Positions 17,002 through 26,939 of a DNA stretch of 32,105 bases are shown here, piece after piece. How positions within the stretch are numbered: position 1 is the first letter of the stretch; each line of letters starts with the position of its first letter. Origin of the DNA: Verrucomicrobiota bacterium. GTDB lineage: Bacteria; Verrucomicrobiota; Verrucomicrobiia; Opitutales; Seribacteraceae. The stretch is taken from NCBI GenBank assembly GCA_027622665.1, contig JAQBYT010000043.1:1-32105 (forward strand). The letters run 5' to 3'. The notes beneath the pieces were generated by a model, which saw only the letters and a program-made list of their open reading frames with translations, did no database searches and was not told the DNA's origin. The position numbers and the translations under genes were made by a program.

Positions 17002-17679
17002 GTGCCTGCTCTTCTTCTTTGGGATCTCGACGAAACCTTAGTCACCACGGCCGGGGCAGGGGAGCGCTCGATCGTGCGATCGGCTCGCAAGCACTGGTCC
17101 GTGGCGGTCGACCTTTCGCTTATTCCTTACGCCGGTTGTACCGATCGCCGGATCGGCCACCTCATCCGCAAGCATTTCGGCATTGCCGAGGATGAATCTA
17201 CCCTGCGAGCCTACCTCGATGACTTCGTGAACTTCGTTTCCGAGGAACTCCCTGACTCCGGTGCCCGTATACTGCCCGGAATTTCGGAAGTCGTAGAAGC
17301 AGCCCACACTTCGCCAAATCATCAGCAAGGTCTCCTCACGGGTAACCTTCGGGCGGCTGCGGAGGCGAAGCTAGTCCCCTTTGGTCTATGGGATTATTTT
17401 TCTTTCGGAGCCTTCGCCGATGATGCGATCGAACGCTTGGATCTTGGGCCGGTCGCTCTAGCGCGGGCTTCTGAGTATTACGGAGTCACCTTTGCTCGAG
17501 AAGAAGTCACAGTCATAGGCGATACCCCTCACGATGTCGCTTGCGCCCGCGCCATCGGCGCTCGATCGCTTGCCGTGGCATCCGGTCGTTTTACCCCGGA
17601 GCAACTTGCCGAGTGTGAGCCGACCTGTCTCGTACGTTCACTCCAAGAGCCTGCTGCCCTTTCTTTTCTTTCCCTTTAG
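17002..17679 (+). CDS. HAD-superfamily hydrolase (phosphoglycolate phosphatase-like)
   Basis: WDLDETL (DxD), LLTGN, IGDTPHD. Confidence 0.9.
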   Translation: MPALLLWDLDETLVTTAGAGERSIVRSARKHWSVAVDLSLIPYAGCTDRRIGHLIRKHFGIAEDESTLRAYLDDFVNFVSEELPDSGARILPGISEVVEAAHTSPNHQQGLLTGNLRAAAEAKLVPFGLWDYFSFGAFADDAIERLDLGPVALARASEYYGVTFAREEVTVIGDTPHDVACARAIGARSLAVASGRFTPEQLAECEPTCLVRSLQEPAALSFLSL

Positions 17680-17719
17680 TCTTGCGGGCGGAGCCATCTC
17701 CCGTCTTTTCTCGGTTTGC

Positions 17720-18589
17720 ATGGCCAAGATTCTTTTATGCGATGGGCACAACCTTGCCTTCCGTGCCTTTTACGGCATCACCGAACTCTCTCGCTCGGAT
17801 GGTTTCCCCACCAACATGATTCACGGTTGGCTTCGAACCTTCTGGAGGCTGGAAGACTATGAAAAGCCCGATGTCGTGCGAGTCTACTTCGATAAAGGGG
17901 CTCCCGCTCGCCGTGTAAACTTGCTTCCCGAGTACAAGGCAAACCGCGGTGCATCTCCCGAAGATTTCCAGCAACAGCTTCCTTGGGTCAAGCAACTGAC
18001 CGTGGCCCTCGGCTATAGTTCCGAAGAGCGAGAAGGCTTGGAGGCGGATGACCTCATAGCCGCCGCCGCCGTCACTCTTGCCGAGCAGAATCAGGAAGTC
18101 TTAATTGTGAGCGCCGACAAGGATCTTTCCCAGCTTATCTGCCCTGGCGTTCGCCAGCTCTTGCCCCCTCCGACCGCGAACCCACGTATCGGTTGGAGAA
18201 CCTTGGACGTCGAGGGCGTTTGCGACAAGTTTGGCGTGCCTCCCGAGCGTATTCTCGATTACCTCGCTCTCATCGGCGATACTTCGGACAACATCCCGGG
18301 TCTCCCCGGCGTAGGTCCGAAGACCGCCGTCAAGTGGCTCTCAGAGCATGGCACCCTAGAGAACGTAATTGCAAACGCCGGACGTCTTACCCCCAAGCGC
18401 TTCTGCTCAATAGTCTATGAAAATCAAGAAATTCTTCGCCGAAACATTGAGCTGGTTCGCCTCGAGCACGATGTAGAAATCGATCTTTCCACTCCACCGC
18501 CTCCCAACCTCCAGGCCCTTCGCGAAATTCTCACTGAAATGGAAATGCATCGCTCCATCGAAGAGGCGGAACGCCGCTATGCACGCTGA
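17720..18589 (+). CDS. Stand-alone 5'-3' exonuclease / flap endonuclease (PolA N-terminal domain family)
   Basis: DGHNLAFRAFY, EYKANR, EADDLI, SADKDL, GDTSDNIPGLPGVGPKTA (H3TH). Ends at 289 aa with no polymerase domain. ATG 17720. Confidence 0.93.
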   Translation: MAKILLCDGHNLAFRAFYGITELSRSDGFPTNMIHGWLRTFWRLEDYEKPDVVRVYFDKGAPARRVNLLPEYKANRGASPEDFQQQLPWVKQLTVALGYSSEEREGLEADDLIAAAAVTLAEQNQEVLIVSADKDLSQLICPGVRQLLPPPTANPRIGWRTLDVEGVCDKFGVPPERILDYLALIGDTSDNIPGLPGVGPKTAVKWLSEHGTLENVIANAGRLTPKRFCSIVYENQEILRRNIELVRLEHDVEIDLSTPPPPNLQALREILTEMEMHRSIEEAERRYAR

Positions 18590-18731
18590 TACTGTCCGAT
18601 GGATTTCTTTCGTATCCTCTCCTGATGTGCTAGACGAGGCAGAACTTTTTTTCGGCCCCGATCCGATCTCAAATTCTTATTCCCTTGCGTCTGTGCGGAA
18701 AGGATACGTTTTAGCTATTCCTTTTCATTAG

Positions 18732-19607
18732 ATGAGCACTTTATTAAATTTTGGTTTGCCTAAGGGCAGTTTGGAGGAAGCGACGATCGATTTGTTCGCC
18801 AAGGCGGGTTTTCGCATTTCGAAGGGATCTCGTTCCTATAGACCTGCATGGGACGATCCCGAACTGGATGGCCGTTTTGTTCGTGCTCAGGAAATGAGCC
18901 GATATGTGGAGAATGGGTTCTTCGATTGCGGTCTGACTGGTCGTGATTGGGTCTTGGAGAATGGATCGGATGTGGTACAGGTTGCGGATTTGGTATACAG
19001 TCGGGCTTCCAATCGTATCTCCAAATGGGTGCTTGCTGTGCCCGAGGACTCGGACATTCGCTCGGTTAAGGATTTGGAGGGCAAGACGGTGGCCACCGAA
19101 TTGGTGAACTTTACTCGGGGGTATCTTGAGGAGCATGGCGTGAGTGCCGATGTGGAGTTTTCCTGGGGGGCTACGGAAGTGAAAGTGCCCGAGCTGGTAG
19201 ATGCTATCGTTGATCTTACCGAAACGGGGAACTCGATACGAGCCAATAGGTTGCGGATTGTCGACGTCTTGCTCGAGACGAACACAGTGCTGATTGCCAA
19301 CAATGCGAGTTGGGGAAATGAGGCGAAGCGAGCCAAGATGGAGAACATTGCTTTGCTCCTGCAGGCCGCTCTGGATGCTAAGGCGAAGGTCGGCCTGAAA
19401 TTGAATGTCCCAAAGGCGATTCTCGATCAAGTGTTGGAGGCTTTGCCCGCCCTCCGCAATCCAACAATTTCGAGTTTGAGCGATGAGAACTGGGTGGCCG
19501 TGGAGACCGTGATCGAGAAGAAGATTTCTCGGGAAATTATTCCCGCGCTCAAGCGACTCGGAGCAGAGGGCATCGTGGAGTATCCCCTGAACAAGCTCGT
19601 GCAATAG
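18732..19607 (+). CDS. hisG: ATP phosphoribosyltransferase, long form
   Basis: [40 protein letters not shown]-terminal regulatory domain PTISSL...LKRLGAEGI. Confidence 0.97.
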   Translation: MSTLLNFGLPKGSLEEATIDLFAKAGFRISKGSRSYRPAWDDPELDGRFVRAQEMSRYVENGFFDCGLTGRDWVLENGSDVVQVADLVYSRASNRISKWVLAVPEDSDIRSVKDLEGKTVATELVNFTRGYLEEHGVSADVEFSWGATEVKVPELVDAIVDLTETGNSIRANRLRIVDVLLETNTVLIANNASWGNEAKRAKMENIALLLQAALDAKAKVGLKLNVPKAILDQVLEALPALRNPTISSLSDENWVAVETVIEKKISREIIPALKRLGAEGIVEYPLNKLVQ

Positions 19608-19853
19608 GTTGTCTTTGGACTACTGTCCGGCTAGTTTGCCTTTTCTCTATTAAGGCTTTCAAGTCGTTCTGTTTCATCATCTGTGTCCGCGATGTTTCCT
19701 TGGGTTTTGAGGAGTCGCGTTTTGGTGGAAATTTGACCTGCTTTATTCTTGCGTTGCTCACGGAAAAGGACCATTTACTTTCTCTTGCAGGAATTCATCG
19801 CAGTTAAATCCGCATCCTGCACTTTGTTCTTTTCACCACTTAATTCAAAACCT

Positions 19854-19920
19854 TTAACCCGACCGCTCTGAAGCAGCGTCAAGTTACGTTGCTTATCATA
19901 CGGATTTGCAGGTCGGTTAA
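19854..19920 (+). promoter_or_regulatory. Long imperfect hairpin in the rpsA 5' leader
   Basis: TTAACC(C)GACC 19854-19864 pairs with GGTCGGTTAA 19911-19920. TCTG pairs with CGGA. AAGCAGCGT 19871-19879 pairs with ACGTTGCTT 19886-19894. The hairpin ends 17 nt before the ATG. Confidence 0.5.
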
Positions 19921-19937
19921 CCAAGAAAGAAAGCCGC

Positions 19938-21599
19938 ATGAGCGCATTGATGGAAGAATTGCTCGCAGGGAGCAAAATCGAACAACTTAAAGAAGGTTCC
20001 GTTATTTCCGGAACCGTAATGGAAATCCGACCGACCGAGGTCGTTATCGATTTCGGAGGGAAGGCCGAGGGAACCGTGCAAGCCCACGAATTCGTAGATG
20101 TCGGCGAACTGGAAATCGGTTCCGACATAGAAGTTTTCCTGGAACGCCTTGAGGACAAGGACGGAAATCCCGTGCTGTCCTTCGATAAGGCTGAACAGAA
20201 GAAGAACTGGGAAAAAATCGTTAACACTTGCGAGGAAGGTTCGGTCATTACTGGGCGAGTCAAGACCAAGGTTAAAGGTGGATTGGTCGTCAACGTCGGG
20301 GTGGATGCCTTCTTGCCGTCATCCCAAGTGGATGTGCAGGCCCCCAAGAACTTAGATCAGTTCGTGGGACAAACTTTTGATTTCAAGGTTATCAAAATCA
20401 ATCGCGAGCGCCGGAACATCGTAGTTTCCCGCCGTGAACTTATTGAGGAACGCCGGCACAGCAAGAAGCGCGAAATCCTCGCGAGCATCAAGCCGGGCGA
20501 TACCCGCCGCGGAATGGTCAAGAACATCACCGATTACGGTGCTTTCATCGACTTGGACGGGCTCGATGGCCTTCTCCACATCACCGATATGAGCTGGGGT
20601 CGCGTTTCCCACCCAAGCGAAATGGTGAAGACGGGCGAAGAGATCACTGTCTCGATTATCGATGTGGACTTCGATCGCGATCGGGTTTCTCTTGGTCTCA
20701 AGCAACTTACTCCTAATCCTTGGGACGGTATTGAAAGAAAATTTCCGATTCAGTCCAAGGTGCGTGGCAAGGTGGTTAATCTTGTTCCATATGGCGCCTT
20801 CATCGAACTGGAAGCTGGCGTGGAAGGCTTAGTGCACGTTACGGAGATGTCTTGGACCAAGCGCATAACGAAACCCAGCGACGTATTGAGTGTGGGCGAC
20901 GAAGTGGACGCAGTCGTTCTCGGCATTCAGCAAGAGGAGCAGAAAATTTCTTTGGGTCTACGGCAATTGGACGCCAATCCTTGGGATATGGCGCCTCACA
21001 ATTATCCCTCGGGAGCTCGAGTTCGCGGCAAGGTTCGCAATCTTACATCCTACGGAGCCTTTATCGAACTTGAGGAAGGCATCGATGGAATGGTACACGT
21101 TTCCGACATGAGCTGGACTCGCAAGGTGAATCATCCTAGCGAAGTGGTCAATAAGGGCGACGAAGTGGATGCTATCGTCTTGGAAGTGGACATCGAGAAT
21201 CACCGCATCTCTCTCGGAATGAAGCAACTTAGCGTTGATCCCTGGGAAGATATCGATCGACTCTACAAGCTAGGCGAGATGGTGAAGGGCGAGGTCGCTC
21301 GAATTGCCGTGTATGGAGCATTTGTGAAACTCGATCACGACATCGACGGCTTGGTTCATGTGAGCCAGATCAGTGAGGCACGCATAGAAAAGGTACAGGA
21401 CGCACTCAAGGAGGGGCAGGAGGTGACCGCACGCGTTATCAAAATTGACCGAGAGGAACGTCGTATTGGCTTGAGTATCAAGGCCGCTGAATACAACGAG
21501 GACGATCTGGCCAAGGAAGTGGCGTCCTACGAGGAGAGCGGAGAAGACTTGACTACATCTTTGGGCGATCTTCTCGACAAAGCTACTAGCGAAGAATAG
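19938..21599 (+). CDS. rpsA: 30S ribosomal protein S1
   Basis: Six S1 domains (AFLPSSQVD, YGAFIDL.GLDGLLHITDMSW, GLVHVTEMSW, GMVHVSDMSW, GLVHVSQIS). Confidence 0.98.
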   Translation: MSALMEELLAGSKIEQLKEGSVISGTVMEIRPTEVVIDFGGKAEGTVQAHEFVDVGELEIGSDIEVFLERLEDKDGNPVLSFDKAEQKKNWEKIVNTCEEGSVITGRVKTKVKGGLVVNVGVDAFLPSSQVDVQAPKNLDQFVGQTFDFKVIKINRERRNIVVSRRELIEERRHSKKREILASIKPGDTRRGMVKNITDYGAFIDLDGLDGLLHITDMSWGRVSHPSEMVKTGEEITVSIIDVDFDRDRVSLGLKQLTPNPWDGIERKFPIQSKVRGKVVNLVPYGAFIELEAGVEGLVHVTEMSWTKRITKPSDVLSVGDEVDAVVLGIQQEEQKISLGLRQLDANPWDMAPHNYPSGARVRGKVRNLTSYGAFIELEEGIDGMVHVSDMSWTRKVNHPSEVVNKGDEVDAIVLEVDIENHRISLGMKQLSVDPWEDIDRLYKLGEMVKGEVARIAVYGAFVKLDHDIDGLVHVSQISEARIEKVQDALKEGQEVTARVIKIDREERRIGLSIKAAEYNEDDLAKEVASYEESGEDLTTSLGDLLDKATSEE

Positions 21600-21688
21600 T
21601 ACTGCCTATCTTTCGATAATGGCTGCTTTGACTAGGCGGCGGATCTGCGATTTATTATCGCATTTCCTTATATGTGAAGCCAATAGTC

Positions 21689-22182
21689 ATGAGTTCAAAG
21701 AGCCCAGCGACTGAAATCGTAACAATAGAACTCGCATCAGATCGTAGTCACCTGTTTGGCTATGCGCCGAGCGATGGACGGAAGGTCCTTATCACTACCA
21801 TTGTTTTCCCTTTAGGTTTAATCGCACTTTCCCTGCTCACTGGTCAACATTTCCGGTTCGTACCAATCGTACTATTTTTTATTTGTTGGCGGACTCAATC
21901 ATTACGTCCTGAAGTCTCGCCCGGTACCGCTCAAACTGCGACTGGATCCAAATGGTATCCGGATAGAAGCTCGGCAGGGAAACTATTCGGAAACATAAAT
22001 GGAGCGATGTACAAGAGGTTAAGGAGAACCGGCGACGAGGCCTTCAACGTATGGAACTCTATTTTAAAGACAATTCAGAACCACTCTACCTCTATGAAGG
22101 CGTCATGCTCTTAAACACCTGTAATAGCCAGTCGACCGATACTGCCGATACACTATTATCTGACCACTCCAAGAAACGATAA
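21689..22182 (+). pseudogene. Probable doubly frameshifted small membrane protein (2 TM + PH-like domain)
   Basis: After two hydrophobic segments, a shift in the T6 run (21875-21880) gives LFVGGLNHYVLKSRPVPLKLRLDPNGIRIE. A second shift near 21992 gives KWSDVQEVKENRRRGLQRMELYFKD...*, the 'GI...W.dV' pattern of bacterial PH/YcxB-like domains. Confidence 0.5.
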
Positions 22183-22419
22183 ACAAAGGCACCTGAGTCA
22201 CTTGCCGGCTTTCTTACGTTCTGGGACCGCCCCATGAAGTATGCCCGGGTCATTATGGAAAAGCATATTGAAAGCTTTAAAGCCTAAGAAGTAACAGGTT
22301 CGCTGCTTCGCCCGAAGGACTTCCGACTACATGTTGCTCCAAGGCGTACCATCGTATCGAAAACTATCACCGACTATAAAGGAAAGATCTTCTTCACACT
22401 CGGCATTGAACACAGGCTC

Positions 22420-23373
22420 CTAACGACCTGTACCTTGCTCCTGTTCGGTGGCGGTTAGGGTTTCTTCTTCGCCTTCGCGGCAATGAATTTCTCCTAGCAC
22501 GCGCATGCTCTCTTCCATTATTTTGGCCTCTTTTATTTCGTCGGCGGTTCGAGGGCGTTCCATGGACGTCATCTCCTTGCGGAGTTTGCGAATAGCAAGT
22601 TCCTGAAGTTGGCGGATCCGTTCGCGAGTCACCCCAATGCGCACGCCGACCTCCTCCAGCGTCAGCGGGTCGCGCCCCCCCAACCCGAACCGAAGTCTTA
22701 TGATGTCGGCTTCGCGTGGTTCTAGGCGATCCAGCACGATGTTGACGTCGCTTACAAGTGCCTTGCGTTGAAGGCGATCGTAGGGGTCGGCAGCTTTTTC
22801 GTCGCGTACAAGGTCTCCAAAGGTCGAACCTTCGGAATCTCCCACCGGGGTTTCCAATGAGGTGGGTTTGGAGGCGACTGCCCTGAGATGTGTGACTTTG
22901 GCCGCGGGAATTTTTATCTCTTCGGCAATTTCTTCTTCAGTAGGTGCACGACCCAGTTGCTCGGTAAGGAGTCCTTCCGCTCTCCTCATCTGTGTGACGC
23001 GATCGACCATATGCACGGGTAGGCGAATGGTTTTGCTTTGATTGGCGAGAGCTCGCTTTATTCCTTGTTTTATCCACCATGCGGCGTAGGTGCTTAGCTT
23101 TCCACCCTTGTTCGGGTCGAAACGCTCGACTGCTTTCATAAGACCAATGTTACCTTCAGAAATGAGGTCGAGCAGACTGAGACCAAGATTGGAGTAATTC
23201 TGCGCAATCTTAACAACGAGGCGAAGGTTGGCGGTAATCATTTGGTGGCGGGCTTTTTCGTCTCCGCCACGAATGAGTTCGGCCAACTCTCCTTCCTCTT
23301 TTATCGTGAGGAGGGGCACTTTGGCGATTTGCTCGAGGTAGATCTTAAGGGCTTCTTCTTCCTCTACGGGCAT
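22420..23373 (-). CDS. RNA polymerase sigma70-family factor (RpoD/RpoS-like, no region 1.1)
   Basis: YLEQIAKVPLLT (1.2), ANLRLVVKIA, DLISEGNIGLMKAVERFD, STYAAWWIKQ, TIRLPVH, TLEEVG...VTRERIRQ (4.2). Confidence 0.96.
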   Translation of the reverse strand: MPVEEEEALKIYLEQIAKVPLLTIKEEGELAELIRGGDEKARHQMITANLRLVVKIAQNYSNLGLSLLDLISEGNIGLMKAVERFDPNKGGKLSTYAAWWIKQGIKRALANQSKTIRLPVHMVDRVTQMRRAEGLLTEQLGRAPTEEEIAEEIKIPAAKVTHLRAVASKPTSLETPVGDSEGSTFGDLVRDEKAADPYDRLQRKALVSDVNIVLDRLEPREADIIRLRFGLGGRDPLTLEEVGVRIGVTRERIRQLQELAIRKLRKEMTSMERPRTADEIKEAKIMEESMRVLGEIHCREGEEETLTATEQEQGTGR

Positions 23374-23374
23374 A

Positions 23375-24865
23375 TCATTCTCCGGCTTGACATTCGGCGA
23401 GAGCTATCGCCTTTAGCATGCCCTTGGCTTTGTTGATCGTTTCTTGGTATTCCATTTCAGGTACTGAATCGGCCACGATGCCGGCTCCGGCTTGGAGCTG
23501 CAACATTCCGTCTACAAGCATGGCCGTACGTATGGCGATACAAGAGTCATGGTTCCCATCATATCCAAAATATCCTAGAGCACCTGCGTACACGTGTCGA
23601 CGAAGGTTTTCCGATTCCGAAATAATCTGCATGGCTCTCACCTTGGGCGCACCACTCACCGTACCGGCGGGAAAGGTGGCTCGCATCAGATCGAAGGCGT
23701 TTTTCCCCGGATCGAGCTTTCCTAGAACCTGGGACACGATGTGCATGACGTGCGAGTATCGTTCGATGGTCATGTATTCCGCGGCTTGAACAGTACCATG
23801 ACGGCAGACTCTGCCAATGTCGTTTCTCGCAAGATCGACGAGCATGAGGTGTTCGGCTCGCTCTTTTTCGTCGGCCAGAAGTTCTTTTTCCAGTGCTTGA
23901 TCCTCTTCCTCGTTCGCACCGCGCGGGCGAGTTCCCGCGATGGGGCGAATCAGAACTTCATCGTCGGTTAGCCTGACGTGGACCTCGGGCGAGGCTCCCA
24001 CGACAGAGAAATCTTCGCTTTCGAGAAGAAACATGTACGGCGAAGGATTGATGGCCCGAATCGCACGATACAAATCGATTGCGGAATGGGCGAATGGAAT
24101 CGCAAACCTTTGGGAAAGAACAACTTGAATGGCATCGCCTGATCGAATGTATTCCTTGGTCTTATCGACTAGGGCTTCGAATTCTTCTTTGCTGAAGTTC
24201 CCTTCGGGCGGGTTCGCTCCCTCCACCGAGTCGAGCTCGGCCGGTAGCAACGGTGAGGGAACGGAGAGCTGTTTCACCGTCTCGGCAATACGCGCCGCAG
24301 CTTCGGCATGGTCGGCTGCCGGATTTTCCCCGATGTATGCATTGGCGCAGATTGAAAGCGTTTGCCTCGCGTGATCAAAAATCAGGACTAGATCCGCGAT
24401 TAGGAAGTAAAGGGTCGGCAGGCCCAACTCGTCCTTCTCGGCGAGAGGCACGGTGGGTTCAATTCGAGAGGCATACTCATAACCGATGTATCCGACCGCG
24501 CCTCCGGCAAAACGAGGCAAGTCGTCGATGGCGGCGTAGCGAATACCGGCCATTTCTTGTTCCACAATGTCGAGAGGGTCAGCGGGCGTCGGGAAACTGT
24601 TGCGTTCGCCGTTGCGTTCGGTGACGACGGTTACGTCCTCGTGGCAGGCGATAACCTTTCTCGGATTGCAACCCACGAACGAATAACGACTTACCTGTTC
24701 GCCGCCTACTACTGATTCCAGTAGAAATGCGGGTTTTCGGGTAGACAGTTTTGCGTACGCAGAGAGCGGAGTTTCCGCATCGGCCGTGAACTCTGCCCGA
24801 ACAAGAACTACGTCTGCCTCTTCGGACAAACGTGCGAACTCTTCTAATTCAGGAGAAATTTTCAT
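23375..24865 (-). CDS. trpE: Anthranilate synthase component I
   Basis: FLLESV, GGAVGY, QVVLSQRF, NPSPYM, GASPE, PIAGTRPRG, AEHLMLVDLARND, YSHVMHIVS, PAGTVSGAPK, IAIRT, QAGAGIV. Confidence 0.95.
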   Translation of the reverse strand: MKISPELEEFARLSEEADVVLVRAEFTADAETPLSAYAKLSTRKPAFLLESVVGGEQVSRYSFVGCNPRKVIACHEDVTVVTERNGERNSFPTPADPLDIVEQEMAGIRYAAIDDLPRFAGGAVGYIGYEYASRIEPTVPLAEKDELGLPTLYFLIADLVLIFDHARQTLSICANAYIGENPAADHAEAAARIAETVKQLSVPSPLLPAELDSVEGANPPEGNFSKEEFEALVDKTKEYIRSGDAIQVVLSQRFAIPFAHSAIDLYRAIRAINPSPYMFLLESEDFSVVGASPEVHVRLTDDEVLIRPIAGTRPRGANEEEDQALEKELLADEKERAEHLMLVDLARNDIGRVCRHGTVQAAEYMTIERYSHVMHIVSQVLGKLDPGKNAFDLMRATFPAGTVSGAPKVRAMQIISESENLRRHVYAGALGYFGYDGNHDSCIAIRTAMLVDGMLQLQAGAGIVADSVPEMEYQETINKAKGMLKAIALAECQAGE

Positions 24866-25056
24866 TGTCGGTGGCTTGCTAAGTCGACGGTAGTGAAGCT
24901 TGAAAATCTCTTGGCAACATAGAAAAATGATGTGTAAATCATCGGGACGATGTCTCTTTCGCTTTTAAGTTGCCAAGGTGAGTTTGTCCGACAGACATGA
25001 GTCCATGCAGAACATTCTCAAATCCATTTTCGAGCAAGCCTAATTCAATAGAATAA

Positions 25057-26343
25057 ATGTCCGGGATAGTACATTGCGTAATCATGGGAGGCGGTCGGGG
25101 TACGCGATTGCACCCACTGACTCAGTTGCGATGCAAGCCTGCGGTGCCTCTCGCCGGTAAATATCGCTTGGTGGACGTACCTATTAGCAACTGCATTAAT
25201 TCCGGCTTCAATCGTATCTATTTGCTTAGCCAGTTCAATACGGCGTCCTTGCATCGTCATGTCCAGCACGCCTACAGGTTTGATCGTTTTGCCGGTGGTT
25301 TTGTAGAAATTCTTTCAGCCGAGCAAACAGAAGTCAGCGACACTTGGTACCAAGGTACGGCGGATGCAGTGCGTCGGAACTTGATTCATTTTCATGCTGA
25401 AGACGATGATATTTTCATCATCTTGTCGGGCGATCAACTCTTCCGAATGGACTTGGCCAAGATGGTCGAGGAGCATCGTGAAAGAGGGGCCGACGTTACG
25501 GTTGCAGCCAATCCGGTTTCTATCTCCGAAGCTCCGGGATTGGGTCTGATTCGTGTAGGCGATAACGCCGTAATCACCGAATTTGTGGAAAAACCGACCG
25601 ATCCCGAAGTCATCCGTCGCTTAGTGCCGCCCGAACTTGCCGGTGTGGACGGGGGCGAGGATCGATGCCTTGCATCAATGGGTATTTACGTTTTTGGGGC
25701 GAAGGAGTTGAAAGCAGCCCTGGCTACCGATTCCGCTGATTTCGGAAAGGAAATAATACCCGGTCTCGTGGGTCGCCGCGACCTGCGTTGCCATATCTTT
25801 GACGATTATTGGGAAGACATCGGTACGGTGCGTGCGTTCTTCGATGCCAACTTACAGCTTACGGATCCGGTTCCCGCATTCGATTTCTACGACGAGGAAA
25901 GCCCCATTTACAATTACCCCGACATTTTACCCACTGCAAAGCTCACTGAATCCCATATTGATCGAGCAATAGTCGCCAGTGGCGCTATGGTGGGCAGGGC
26001 GAACCTTACTCGTTGCGTATTGGGTGTGCGATCCATCGTTGCCGACGGGTGCAAACTCGAGAACGTCGTAATGATGGGGGCTGATCATTACGAAAGGGAT
26101 TCCGTCCGCGTGGGGAAGCGCGACCGTCTCGGCCTTCCTGCCCTTGGGGTAGGGGGAAACTCAACCGTGACCAACGCCATCATCGATAAGAATGCCCGCA
26201 TCGGCAAAGGTGTTCGCCTTTCTCCCGAAGGTTGCAAGGACGGTTGGGTCGACGAGTCGAAAGGGCTTTTTGTCAGGGACGGCGTACTCGTGGTGCTTAA
26301 GGATGCCGTCGTGCCCGATGGCACGGTTACCGGCGGCGAATAA
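25057..26343 (+). CDS. glgC: Glucose-1-phosphate adenylyltransferase
   Basis: GGGRGTRLHPLT..RCKPAVP, ISNCINS, WYQGTADAVR, LSGDQ, FVEKP, ASMGIYVF, DFGKEIIP, YWEDIGT, AIIDKNARIG. Confidence 0.97.
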   Translation: MSGIVHCVIMGGGRGTRLHPLTQLRCKPAVPLAGKYRLVDVPISNCINSGFNRIYLLSQFNTASLHRHVQHAYRFDRFAGGFVEILSAEQTEVSDTWYQGTADAVRRNLIHFHAEDDDIFIILSGDQLFRMDLAKMVEEHRERGADVTVAANPVSISEAPGLGLIRVGDNAVITEFVEKPTDPEVIRRLVPPELAGVDGGEDRCLASMGIYVFGAKELKAALATDSADFGKEIIPGLVGRRDLRCHIFDDYWEDIGTVRAFFDANLQLTDPVPAFDFYDEESPIYNYPDILPTAKLTESHIDRAIVASGAMVGRANLTRCVLGVRSIVADGCKLENVVMMGADHYERDSVRVGKRDRLGLPALGVGGNSTVTNAIIDKNARIGKGVRLSPEGCKDGWVDESKGLFVRDGVLVVLKDAVVPDGTVTGGE

Positions 26344-26396
26344 AAACGGTTTTGCCTTGAACGGTCGCCCATTGAATGGCTTTATCCGCTCTCGAT

Positions 26397-26777
26397 ATGA
26401 GCAATATTCCCGAAAATCTCAAGTACACCAAGGACCACGAATGGATTCGCCACGAATCCGACGGAACCTGTCTGGTCGGCATTACCGATCATGCCCAAGA
26501 TAGCTTGGGCGACGTCACTTTCGTTGAGCTTCCCGCCATCGGTGAATCTTTCGAGGAGGGTGCGACTTTCGGCGTCGTCGAGTCCGTAAAGGCGGCTTCC
26601 GACCTTTATTTTCCCCTTTCGGGTGAAATTACCGAGGTGAACGAAATTCTCGAGGACTCCCCCGAGAAGGTCAATGAGGACCCTTATGGTGATGGGTGGA
26701 TGGTGCGCATACGTCCCACTGATTCCTCCGCATCCGGAGGGCTTTTATCCCCCGAACAGTACAAGGAAATCCTCTAA
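26397..26777 (+). CDS. gcvH: Glycine cleavage system H protein
   Basis: YTKDHEW, VGITDHAQDSLGDV, VESVKAASD (lipoyl-Lys), VNEDPYGDGW. ATG 26397 preferred to 26376. Confidence 0.96.
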   Translation: MSNIPENLKYTKDHEWIRHESDGTCLVGITDHAQDSLGDVTFVELPAIGESFEEGATFGVVESVKAASDLYFPLSGEITEVNEILEDSPEKVNEDPYGDGWMVRIRPTDSSASGGLLSPEQYKEIL

Positions 26778-26939
26778 TTCGGATATTCTGTCTCCTTTGA
26801 TTTGGCCTAGCCGAATCGAGATTGTTAAATAAACCGCTTGCGCGTTCGGCAAACTCGGGCTTTATTTGTCTTAGTTTTCTCCCTTTTTTTGAAGCCCGTG
26901 TTCCCTCAATCTTATACTGAAACACTTTCTACCGCGCGT

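Noticed and set aside
18590..18731. Possible His attenuator leader for hisG
   Set aside because: No His-codon-rich mini-ORF.
18744..19604. 286-aa antisense ORF covering hisG
   Set aside because: Mirror-frame shadow of a conserved gene with no recognisable motifs.
19775..20347. 190-aa antisense ORF and other shadow ORFs over rpsA, mtaB, trpE, wzt and the giant gene
   Set aside because: They overlap well-supported genes on the other strand or frame and have no protein-like motifs.
21622..21640. Hairpin after rpsA as an intrinsic terminator
   Set aside because: The stem relies on G-U pairs and has no adjoining U-tract, so it is too weak to call.
24866..25056. Possible Trp attenuator leader for trpE
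   Set aside because: The short upstream ORF on the minus strand has no Trp codons, and no terminator with a U-tract was seen.
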